Shown: one piece after another, positions 1 to 10,469 of the stretch | Position numbering within the stretch: the first letter of the stretch is position 1 | Layout of the letters: every line of letters begins with the position of its first letter | Assembly: GCA_038087875.1 (NCBI GenBank) | Contig: JAXLNO010000246.1 | Location: 1-64,000 of the forward strand | From: Malacoraja senta | Lineage: Eukaryota | Reading direction: 5' to 3' | DNA: 64,000 bases | Notes under the pieces: model-generated | The model's database searches: none | The model's input: the letters and a program-made list of their open reading frames with translations, nothing else | Told to the model about the DNA's origin: nothing | Made by a program: the position numbers and the translations under genes

Positions 1-208
1 CCCGTTACACTTGCAAAAATATGGTAAGAAGCTAATTGTCACGTTCCATCGTAACTTGTTTTGGAAACAACTATGCCAAGACATCGAGATATTGCAAATG
101 GTTGTAAATATAGCCCCGTCCATCTCATAGCCCAGACCAATCATAGTCTTCATCTGCACTTCACGCTGCATAACATTACCTAAACACCCAACAAAATCAA
201 ATATTTGG

Positions 209-1490
209 AATAATATACCACTGTGTCTTCCCATTGTAAATAATCCTCTATTCAAACCATCCATATTGGATAGAGGTTTTATACAATGGAAAAATCATGG
301 AATTAAAAGGATTGGACATCTTTATAGGGAAGGCATCTTTCTGTCATTTCAAGAGTTACAACAGAATCATGGACTACACTCAAATAGCTTTTTCAGATAT
401 TTACAAATTAGAGATTATGTTAAATCCAATACACAAGTTTATAGGACTAGGGAACCAGAAATTATTGATGAATGTTTGAATAAGCATCCTAACACTGAAA
501 AATGAATAGCTTATATTTATAACATTCTCTTAAATAATGAGGAACCACCGATGGAACTATATAGACATAAATGGGAAAATGAGTTAGGTTATCCTATTAC
601 GAAAGATATTTGGGACGAAAGTTTACAACATATACATCAATGTTCGTTAAATGCCAGACATGCTTTAATACAATTTAAAGTCTTACACAGATTACATTAT
701 TCCAAAATAAAACTAATTAGAATTTTCCCACATATTTCTCCTATATGTGATAAATGCCTGCATCTAGAGGCCAATTTAACACATACCTTTGCAAATTGTA
801 TAAAAATTAAAAATTACTGGACTGATATTTTTCAAATAATCTCTGAAGTTGTTAATACCAAACTAGCTCCAGACTCAAAATTAATAATACTTGGGATATC
901 AGAACAAAGTTTAACACTCACAACAACTCAAAGAAACTTCCTTGACTACAGTATAATAACAGGGAAAAAATTAATATTAAAATTCTGGAAAGGCCCTACA
1001 ACCCCCACAATTAAAATGTGGATTGTGGAAATGTCGGAGACCCTACATCTAGAAAGAATTAGACTTGTCTTAATGGACAAGCAAGAACTTTTTGTTAAAA
1101 TATGGGCTCCATTCATTGCCTATTTGAAGGGATAGAGTGGCCCAGCGCGAAAGCCCGACTGAAGCTTGAACTCAGGATTAGATGTAATTATATTTCATAA
1201 CCTACGAACTTATCTCCTATGACGTATTATAAGTTATTCATTCCACCTTTTTTTCTTTTTTGATATTGAAGTTCTTCTTTCTTTCTCTACTTACTCTCTA
1301 TTTTTATTTTTCTATCTATATAAAAAAAAAACATTAGAAGCAGAATTAACTGACAATTGACAAATTTAATAATGTATGAATGATTGATGTATATGAAAAG
1401 TTTTTTCTTCTATTCTAGTATATCATGTTACTCTACATTGTAATATGTTTGCTTCTAATAAAAATTTATGTCTAAAAAAAATAAAAAATA
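209..1490 (+). mobile_element. 5'-truncated L1-clade LINE (ORF2 C-terminus, 3' UTR, A-rich tail)
   Basis: ORFs 266-505 and 551-1135 carry L1 ORF2 C-terminal motifs (QFKVLHRLHY, zinc knuckle CDKC..HTFANC); AATAAA and A-rich tail at ~1457-1490; 16-bp TSD aaaatcaaatatttgg at 193-208 and 1491-1506. Confidence 0.88.
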
Positions 1491-2041
1491 AAAATCAAAT
1501 ATTTGGCAAATCCCGGTCAGTTTTTTTCTTTCCCCAACACCTATCCGGCAAAAGGTAGAGATGTTGTAAGCGCGCATCACAAGACTTAGGAATTGATTAA
1601 TTTCCTCCGCTATCGGGCATATGAACGGCCCCTCCATAGGCCCTCTACCCCATTGGTCATTGAATTTTGTCTGAGGTACTGATGTATAAAATAGCGCTAC
1701 AATGCTGATCAATGTATTCTGCTCTCTCTATTTTCCACTTTGCTCTCTCTATTGTCATGAGTCACACCACACAGGAACAGATCCTTCAGCCCAGCCCCCC
1801 AACATCGATCAATGTACACCAGTCACATAAGTCCCACCTGCCGTTTTTGTCCCGTGTCACTTCCGATGTGTGTTGGGCCAAGTGTATTTTAGATCCTGTG
1901 TAGTTTCTACCTCAGCTACCTCCTTTGGCAGCTAATTCTATATGCACGCCACTCGCTGTGCGAATCCATGTAGCAACCACACTCTGAGCGCATCCATATG
2001 CCCAGTGCCCTGTATCATCGCGTTTGAACCGATAATATCTA

Positions 2042-2104
2042 ATTTTACTTCGGAGTCACGTGAGTGACTACGTGAAGAAGCCCCTTCCAGCCGCACACGC
2101 GTCA
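2042..2104 (+). repeat. DIRS left terminal repeat with left extension
   Basis: 2069-2104 (tacgtgaagaagccccttccagccgcacacgcgtca) is the reverse complement of 7057-7092 with one mismatch; 2042-2078 is complementary to 6827-6863. Confidence 0.93.
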
Positions 2105-2277
2105 TTATCGATCAGACGCATAGCGTTCATGACCGTGTGTGGAGGAGCAGCAGCTCCTCCACGCGGTGAGTAAAAGCAACATAAGTAGAAATCGGATAAG
2201 GTAAGTGCTTTCGTTTTCAATTGCAGGGCGCTTTTCTTCCCGCTCAGACGTGTGGCAGAGTTCCACACAACTTAGAA

Positions 2278-3177
2278 ATGGAGAAAGGGCGTAGAGGAAG
2301 GAGAGGCCAGGGACGCACCGCAGGTAAAACCCCCGATGTTAAGGGTAGCGGGCGTCAGGAAGAGGAGGTAGTGGCATCGAAGCCATCTACTCCCGTTACG
2401 GTCGAATGTGCCGTTAAACCGCCGGCGGCGGGGCGCAAGGCTGGACAAAAGTCGGCCCGACCTGTAGACTCAGAAGAGTCAGACCCGGAGGAATACCCTC
2501 CTGCAGAAAATATTATGGCTGCAAGGATCGCTAGCTTAGAGCTCCTAATGGGGAAAATGATATATAAAGAACCCCCACAGGAGGAAGCAGGTCGGTGTTG
2601 GCCAATGGAAGACACAGCACAGGGTGTGCCTTGGTTGGGACAGGCACAAGGGTGGCCTACAGGAGAGCCATCAGAATTGACTGTGCAAAGTTATTACACT
2701 GGTTGGCCTACCGAAGAGCCAGTGCCCGAAATGCCTGGGAAAAGGCAATATATGGGCTGGCCTACTGAAGAGCCAGTACCAGGAATGTCTCAAAAAAGAC
2801 AGTACAAACGTACTTTTGTGCCAGCACCGAAAGTTCCTAAAGGGAAAATGATGAAGCGTTGGCCTAGAATGGAGCCAGCGCCAGCAGCACCTAGAACAGG
2901 GCTGCCTACCCGTGGGACTATAGCAGAGCTTACGCAAGAAGATACTGGCATAGATTTACCTGAACTAGGGGATCCTGAAGTTACTCATCCTGATGAGGAA
3001 CATCTAGACTCAGAAGATGAATTCTATGAGGATGAGAGCCCGGTATCAGTTGAAAGTTCCTGGACTAGCACAAAGGTTTGCTGTCCCCAGAATAAAAGGG
3101 GAACCTTTGAGAGAGGAAATAGCAATGACTATCAATTATTTACTTTCCCATCAGCTCCAGGAAGTAACTATGGATGA
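2278..3177 (+). CDS. DIRS ORF1 N-terminal part (gag-like; low complexity, internal GWPTEEPVP repeats)
   Basis: First ATG at 2278 within ORF 2221-3177; directly downstream of the left terminal repeat; basic N-terminus and acidic tract. Confidence 0.65.
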   Translation: MEKGRRGRRGQGRTAGKTPDVKGSGRQEEEVVASKPSTPVTVECAVKPPAAGRKAGQKSARPVDSEESDPEEYPPAENIMAARIASLELLMGKMIYKEPPQEEAGRCWPMEDTAQGVPWLGQAQGWPTGEPSELTVQSYYTGWPTEEPVPEMPGKRQYMGWPTEEPVPGMSQKRQYKRTFVPAPKVPKGKMMKRWPRMEPAPAAPRTGLPTRGTIAELTQEDTGIDLPELGDPEVTHPDEEHLDSEDEFYEDESPVSVESSWTSTKVCCPQNKRGTFERGNSNDYQLFTFPSAPGSNYG

Positions 3178-5686
3178 GACTATGAAACAGTATGAGCCCC
3201 CGGCGAATTGTGAATTGCTCACAGTTCCAACAGTTAATAACTTAATATGGAATTATTTGAGCATTGGATTACGCTCACAAGAATTGAAATTGCAACATGT
3301 ACTGAAATTGCTGGGGTCAGGCATCACGGCATTTGCCAGAGGATTGGATGATGATTTTGTATCAGATTCACAACAAGATGCTTTAGCACTGATGTGTGGT
3401 GCTCATTTTGAAATAAATTGTATTCGTAACAATGCAATAAGGGCAAATATTCACCCTAAGTATGCAGGGCTCTGCAAACCAACCAACATACAAATGCCTA
3501 ATTTACTGTTTGGAGAAAATCTATCCAAGAAACTAAAGGATTTGAATGAAGAGTCAAAAAACCTGAGTGGTATGATGATGCGACCACCAATGCTGAGCAG
3601 AGCGGTGCGAAGGCAGTATCCCTACAGGCGGAATGCTGGTGCTGGAGAAGGAACAAGCCGATCATTCTCATATACACGTTGGCGTGCTGCACCGGGGATG
3701 CGTGGAGGTTACAATGTGCCTACCAGAAGAGCACAACAATGGCCGGAGGCAAACCCCGAGGTAGGGGGTCCTGGTCTGGTAAGGAATATAAATGTTTCAC
3801 ATTCACAAATAGGGGGAAGGTTAAGATTCTTCCTAAAAGAATGGCAGTTAATAACAAATGATTCGTTTATTTTAAACAGCATTGTAGGATTCAAAATTGA
3901 GTTCTATTCACACTTGGATTCTCCAAGGCAGAAAAATTCAAGCTGGTCACGGATTTTCTCAAAAGAAGAGAATACGTTGATCAAAGGAGAATTAGAAATT
4001 TTGACCAAAAAAGGGGTAATAGAAAAGTCAGTAGAACAACACCATCAATTTGTATCAAATATTTTTCCTAGAACAAAAAAGGATGGTGGATGTAGAATCA
4101 TTTTGGATCTGACAAATCTTAACCTTTATGTACAATACAAACATTTCAAAATGGAAACATTTACTAATGCCATTCAGCTGATTATTAAAAATTATTACAT
4201 GGCAAGCATAGATTTGAAAGATGCATATTACTCTGTGGCAATGCATGGTGATGATCAAAGGTATTTGAAATTTAGATGGATGGGTCAGTTGTGGCAATTT
4301 AAGGCATTGCCCAATGGTCTGTCTTCAGCACCAAGATTATTCACTAAATTACTCAAACCAATTTTAGCTCTTCTAAGAGCTGAGGGCCATGTACTAATGG
4401 CTTATTTGGACGATATTTTGATTGTAGGGGACACTTTGGCTGCTGCAAAATTATCAGTATCCAGGGTTAAGTTCATTTTTGAGAAAATGGGTTTCATTAT
4501 TCACCTACAAAAATCAAAATTGTTACCAAGCAAGAAGATTGATTACCTAGGGTTCACACTCAACTCACAACACATGGTAATCACTTTGCCAAAAGAGAAA
4601 AGGCTGCAGTTAATTGAAGGTTGCATCAAACTCATAAATGAGGACACACCTTCAATTAGAGAAGTGGCAAGCTTGCTGGGCAAATTGATTGCTGCGTTTC
4701 CAGCTGTCACATTTGGACCATTGCATTATCAATGTTTACAGAGGGCTAAGGTACAAGCTTTAAAAATAAATACAGGGCATTTTGACCGGCCCATGATATT
4801 AACAACTGAATCCATTACTGAAATAGAATGGTGGATTAACAACGTTTCAGATGCTTCAAAAAAGGTTCTGGTAGAAATACCATCCGTCACTCTACAGACT
4901 GATGCAAGTGCTCTTGGTTGGGGTGCTACTAACATGATTTCCAGCTGTGGAGGTAGGTGGAATGTGAATGAAATACCTTTGCTGGAAAAACAGGGAATCA
5001 ATTACCTAGAGCTATTAGGATCATTTCATGGTCTTAAAGCTTATTGTACTAATATGAGAAGTGTGCATGTCCAGGTACAGGTTGACAATACTACAGCTGT
5101 AGCATACATAAATCACATGGGGGGTATAAAATCAGAATCATGTGATAGATTGGCAAATGAAGTTTGGACCTGGTGTATTGCAAGGAAAATTTGGCTGTCA
5201 GCAATATATTTACCAGCAAAATTTAACACAATTGCGGACAAAAGATCACGTAAATTTAATGATAATACAGAATGGATGTTAAATCGGGAAATATTTACAA
5301 AAATTATAACACAATTTGGAATGCCAGATATTGATTTATTTGCATCAAGACTAAACCACCAATTGCCTAAGTATGTTTCATGGGAACCTGATCCTGGTGC
5401 AGTAGCGGTAGATGCTTTCTCGCTAAACTGGGGTGCTATGTTTCTGTATGCTTTTCCACCATTTTGTTTAATCCACAAATGCATACAGAAAATTAAACAA
5501 GATTCAGCCTCAGGGATTTTGGTAGTACCAGATTGGCCTACACAGGTATGGTACCCATTGGTGTTAAAAATGATCAAAAAAACCCTTATGGTTATTCCAA
5601 AGCAGATTAAACTGCTTGTGAACCCTGTGACTAATGAGTCACATCCTTTACATAATCGTATTGGTTTGTTGATTTGCAGATTCTAA
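3017..5686 (+). CDS. DIRS gag core + reverse transcriptase + RNase H + DNA N6-adenine methyltransferase-like domain (889 aa)
   Basis: Gag-like YEPPANCELLTVPTVNNLIW; RT IDLKDAYY, LPNGLSSAPRLFTK, AYLDD; RNase H TDASALGWG, INYLELL, VDNTTAVAYINHMGG; MT DLFASRLN..YAFPPF. Confidence 0.93.
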   Translation: MNSMRMRARYQLKVPGLAQRFAVPRIKGEPLREEIAMTINYLLSHQLQEVTMDETMKQYEPPANCELLTVPTVNNLIWNYLSIGLRSQELKLQHVLKLLGSGITAFARGLDDDFVSDSQQDALALMCGAHFEINCIRNNAIRANIHPKYAGLCKPTNIQMPNLLFGENLSKKLKDLNEESKNLSGMMMRPPMLSRAVRRQYPYRRNAGAGEGTSRSFSYTRWRAAPGMRGGYNVPTRRAQQWPEANPEVGGPGLVRNINVSHSQIGGRLRFFLKEWQLITNDSFILNSIVGFKIEFYSHLDSPRQKNSSWSRIFSKEENTLIKGELEILTKKGVIEKSVEQHHQFVSNIFPRTKKDGGCRIILDLTNLNLYVQYKHFKMETFTNAIQLIIKNYYMASIDLKDAYYSVAMHGDDQRYLKFRWMGQLWQFKALPNGLSSAPRLFTKLLKPILALLRAEGHVLMAYLDDILIVGDTLAAAKLSVSRVKFIFEKMGFIIHLQKSKLLPSKKIDYLGFTLNSQHMVITLPKEKRLQLIEGCIKLINEDTPSIREVASLLGKLIAAFPAVTFGPLHYQCLQRAKVQALKINTGHFDRPMILTTESITEIEWWINNVSDASKKVLVEIPSVTLQTDASALGWGATNMISSCGGRWNVNEIPLLEKQGINYLELLGSFHGLKAYCTNMRSVHVQVQVDNTTAVAYINHMGGIKSESCDRLANEVWTWCIARKIWLSAIYLPAKFNTIADKRSRKFNDNTEWMLNREIFTKIITQFGMPDIDLFASRLNHQLPKYVSWEPDPGAVAVDAFSLNWGAMFLYAFPPFCLIHKCIQKIKQDSASGILVVPDWPTQVWYPLVLKMIKKTLMVIPKQIKLLVNPVTNESHPLHNRIGLLICRF

Positions 5687-6667
5687 GAAGGCCATATCTT
5701 GGAAAAGGATTATCAGACCGTACGGTGGATGTTATGACAGCAGCCTGGAGGAATAGTACCCAGAAGCAGTACATTTCCTATATAAAGAAATGGGAGGAGT
5801 TTTGTTCAGTAAAGAATATTGCATATAACACAGTAGACATTTCAGATGTAATAGAGTTTCTTTCAACTCTACACTATGAATTGAAATTAAGTTATAGTGC
5901 AATTAATACTGCACGAAGTGCACTCTCTACATATTTAAGCAGTGAATTAAAACAAACTCCAATTGGATCACATCCTTGGGTCTGTAGGTTTATGAAACGA
6001 ATTTTCAACTCTAATCCTCCCAGACCCAGGTATACAGAAATTTGGAATGTAAAAGATGGACTGATGTTCCTAAGGAGTTGGAATCCAATTGAAACCCTGT
6101 CATTATCCAAAATTACCATGAAATTGGTTATGCTCATGGCATTAGTTTCAGCGCAGAGAGTTCAAACATTACAGAAACTCAGAATTGATAGAATGAAAAT
6201 AGGGCAAAATGCCGTGACATTCTATATCTATGATTTACTGAAGCAAAGTAGACCTGGGTCCACAGGATGCAAGGTGGAATGTTTAGCATATCCTACAGAT
6301 TCACGACTGTGTGTAGTAACATATGTGAAATGTTACATAGAAACAACAAAAGTTTTAAGAGGCGCTGAATTGGCATTGTTTATTAGTCATAAAAAGCCTC
6401 ATAAGAAAGTATCGACACAAACAATCTCACGATGGTTGAAACAGGTTTTGAGATATTCAGGTATTGATACTGATAAATTTAAATCTCATTCCTCCAGGGC
6501 GGCATCAACATCAGCGGCCAGGGATTCAGACGTGCCAATAGACCTTATTCTCGCGGCCGCAGGATGGGCGTGAACAGATGTTTCACAAGTATTACCACAA
6601 GGAGATTAAAGATCCCAGAGGGTTTGGTGATGCCGTGCTGGATACAGTATTAAATCCCCCATTATAA
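5674..6667 (+). pseudogene. DIRS tyrosine recombinase, frameshifted near the C-terminus
   Basis: N-terminal binding domain, SAQR (R), LLKQSRPG (K), KSHSSRAAS (HxxR), AAGW then TGA at 6571-6573; +1 frame from 6572 reads EQMFHKYYHKEI.. to a stop at 6667. Confidence 0.9.
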
Positions 6668-6826
6668 ATGGGCCTAATTTTGTTACTTTTATAAAATAAA
6701 ACCATTAACTGATTACATTCAAATGTTGTGGTTATGCATTGTTCATTGTGCTTACTCAAATAGAGTCAATCGATGCAGTGAACACCTGGATTTGAATCCA
6801 CGGTGTGAAATCACAGAGCTTTGAAA

Positions 6827-6940
6827 TCTTCACGTAGTCACTCACGTGACTCCGAAGTAAAATAGTAAGATTAAACGAGAACTTACCAAGTTTGAAGTTT
6901 GATCTTTATTTTATGAGGAGTAACGTTGAGGGATTACGTG
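6827..6940 (+). repeat. DIRS internal complementary region (ICR)
   Basis: 6827-6863 is the reverse complement of the left end; 6861-6940 is the reverse complement of the right end 7087-7166; the halves meet at AAT. Confidence 0.94.
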
Positions 6941-7056
6941 CCCTCCGCTCCCACCCTCATAAAAGGATCAAGCTGGTAGTTCTAAGTCTTTATGCATCTT
7001 ACTATCATACTTCAGTAATTATCGTCTGTGATTGTCACTCCGCTGCTTTGAAACAT

Positions 7057-7166
7057 TGACGCGTGTGCGGCTGGACGGGGCTTCTTCACGTAATCCCTCG
7101 ACGTTACTCCTCATAAAATAAAGATCAAACTTCAAACTTGGTAAGTTCTCGTTTAATCTTACTATT
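7057..7166 (+). repeat. DIRS right terminal repeat with right extension
   Basis: Inverted copy of the left repeat followed by sequence complementary to the ICR, ending in ATT. Confidence 0.93.
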
Positions 7167-7348
7167 AATATATATGTAATTTGTTTGGATAGCATGCAGA
7201 ACAAAGTTTTTCACAGTACATCGGTACATGTGCCAATAATATCCCTAAACCTGAAGCTAAAACCTAAAGCGCCTGTCATCTCCATTGTTTACAACACCAT
7301 GAAACCAGCGGAATGTCTCATATGTTGCAGAAGCATTGAATCATCCAT

Positions 7349-8503
7349 TTTGGGGATGCAACAAGTAAAATGGACAAGTGAGAGCCAGTGGATGTAGTGT
7401 ACCTGGACTTTCGGGAAGCATTTGTTAAGGTCCCACACGAGAGATTAGTGGCAAAAATTATAGCACATGGTATAGAATTGGGTATTGACATGGATATTGA
7501 CATTGACATTGGACCGCAGCTAATTAGAATATATATTAATAATTTAGATGATGGAATTAAAAGAAGAATTGCAGATGACACAAAGCCGGATGGAAGTGTG
7601 AACAGTGTAGAGGATGCTATGGGGATGCAGGCCGGTTTGGACAGGTTGGGTGAGTGGGCAGATGCATTGCAGATGCAGTATAATGTGGATTCATGTGGGG
7701 TTGTCAACAGGTGGCAAGATCGGGAAGGCAGCTTATTATCTGAATGGTATCAGGTGAGGAAAAGGGGAAGTACAACGAGACATGGGCGTTCTTGTACATC
7801 AGTCACTGAAAGTAAGCATGCAGGTACAACAGGCAATTAAGAACGCTAATGGCATGTTGGTCTTCATAACGAGAAGTTGTGAGTTGAGTATCGGCGCAAA
7901 GAGGTCCTTCTGCAGTTGTACAGGACCCTGGTGAAGCCACACCTGGAGGGTTGTGTGCAGTTTTGGTCTCCTCATTTGCGGATGGACATTCTTACCATTG
8001 AGGGAGTGCAGCATAGGTTCACGAGGTTAATTCCCTGGGTGGCGGGACTGGCAATGATGAAATCATGGAGCGACTGGGCTTGTATTTACTGGAATTTAGA
8101 AGCATGAGGGGGGATTTTCTTGAGACATAAAATTATTAAGGGATTGAACACGCCAGATACGGAAAACATGTCCTCGATGTTGGGGAGTCCAGAAACTGGG
8201 GCCACAGTTTAAGAACAAGGGGTAGGCCATTTAGAACCGAGATGATGAAAAACTTGTACAGACAGAGAGTTGTGAATTTGTGGAATTCTCTGACTCAGAA
8301 GCACGTGGAGACCGATTTACTGGATGCATTCAAAATAAAGCTATATAGAGCTATGTGGGCTAGTGGAGTCAAGGTATATGGGGAGAAGACACGAACGGGG
8401 TACTGATTGTGGATGATCAGCCATGATCACATTGAATGGCGGTGATGACTCAAAGGTCCTACTCCTGCACCTATTGTCTATATATCTATGTATCTATGTA
8501 TCT
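7349..8503 (+). mobile_element. Decayed CR1 LINE 3' portion
   Basis: DVVYLDFREAF, LVKPHLEGCVQFWSP remnants; (ctatgtat)n tail; interrupts module copy 1. Confidence 0.88.
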
Positions 8504-8684
8504 AGGTTCCAGATGTGTACTTCTGCGCGCTTAAATAATATTTTTGCACAAATTATTTGCTTTGTGTTTTCACAGAACTCGAATTCTCCTACTGCCCTTA
8601 TCCAGTTCTACGGAGAATGAAATTATGCCATGTGGCTTGAAAACAAATATTGTTCATTCTCATAACGGACAATTCAGAATCGAA

Positions 8685-9035
8685 ACGAATAGAATAGAAT
8701 GCCTTTTATTGTAATTCAAACAGCGTGGTTTCAACGAAATTGCATTTTCTACAGACTTAACATTACAAAAAAAGCCAAGACCCACACATAACACACTTTA
8801 CAAAAACATCCATCACGGTGAATCTCCAACACATCCTCACTGTGATGGAAGGCAAAAGTCTTATCTCTTCCCTTTGTTCTTCTCCCGCGGTCCAGCAGTA
8901 CAACCGCAGCGTCGAGGCGAACTGGGGCTCCCGATGTTAAAGCCCCCGGCGGGCGATAGTAAGGCCAGCGGCCTTTGAGCTGCGCCGGGCGATGTTAGAC
9001 CTCGCTCCGTCATTTCACCCCGCGATTCGGGGTTC
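8685..9035 (-). mobile_element. Fragment of an unclassified GC-rich retroposon family
   Basis: Similar to 33335-34132, 37860-38580, 48018-48687 and 56822-57560; poly(A) signal plus short-repeat tail on the - strand. Confidence 0.6.
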
Positions 9036-10469
9036 GGGGGAAATAACCAACAATGTTCAGCATGATATTCAATGTAATGAACTATATTCTGAATTCAGTA
9101 TCTTCCTCTTCGCTTCTTCTGCAGGACTGATTGTATCTATGTCTGGCATTTCTAACTGAATGGACACACTTTTCACTGTACCTTGGAACATGTGACGATA
9201 TTAAACCGAGCCCAACCTCACCTAACCTAATGATCTGACTTGAATAGCAACTATGATCAGAGAGAGATGTTCGTACTATGATGACGACTAAGATTATCAA
9301 TGTAACACAAACAGTATTGCTATAAAAGAGAAGGTGTTGAATGGGGTCAACCACAAAAGAACTGTTGGACAAATGCGAAGTCAAGGTGAAGAGTGGGCTC
9401 AGGAAACAGATCATTGTCAAACAACTGATACTGTATCGCGGACCGTATTAATTACCGGGCATCTGCAATGCTGGAGTAAAACATAATATACTCAGAAGAC
9501 TCTGATGGCATCCGTCCAGGGAGGAAAAATATGTAATGTCAGAAGCGCATGGTCTTATCAAAGTTCGTACCATGTTCCCTGCGCCCTCTTTGCGCCAAGT
9601 CATCTCTTCAGGTTCCTAGAAAATCATGCCCCTCTCAACTTAAACATATGATATCTGATTTTTGATTCACCATCATGGGTAAAATACTGCATTCATCCTA
9701 CCTTTTCCTCTCATGGTTGTAAACACCTTGATATTCCCACCGCGCAGCTTCCTTCAGTCGAAGGAATAAAGTCCTCACCTCTCCCTACTGGTTGGACACA
9801 CAAGAAGAGTGTAGTACAGTCCTGCTATAGCTACTGACGGTGATACACATGTGGAGAAACGTGCAGAGACTGGACCAAGACTCGTCGTCATAGAACAAAG
9901 AAACAGGCCCAGCAAATATCTGTGTAAATGCTATCCAATTCGCGACTGAAGTCCCGCACAACGTACAGAAGTTTGAAAGTGAGCACCACCGGATTAAGGA
10001 ATAACGCATTTTCCTCCGTTAACAGGTTTCTAAACGGTCCCTCCTTGGACTAGTGTACTCTTCAATTCGCTTCTCCCCCATTGCGGATATAAGACATTGT
10101 CTCAGTAGCTGATGCACTGCAATCATGCGAACTATATTGTGCACTCTGTATCTTCCACATTGCTCTATCTATTGTTATAGACTCAACGAGTCCTACGGCA
10201 TGGTAACGGGACTTTCAACCCATCTTGCCCAGGCGGACCAATGTGCCCCTTCTGCACCAGTCACTCACACCCAACTTTCGGCCACATTACTCTACATCGT
10301 TCCTATTCATGAGGCAGTCTAATTGTCTTTGAACGTTTGTCATATTTTGCGGCGCAACCATTTACTTTCGGTGCAGAGATGGAGTCAATATTTATCTGCG
10401 GTGGAAGAGGCTGTCAAAGGATCAACAATTGAGGAGATCCTCCACTCTGTGCAGGTTGGAAGATGATAT

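Larger units (their letters stand above)
2042..7166 (+). mobile_element. Full-length DIRS1-type tyrosine-recombinase retrotransposon
   Basis: Inverted termini plus internal complementary region; gag, RT-RNaseH-MT and YR ORFs; ATT trinucleotide at both ends and no TSD. Confidence 0.96.
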
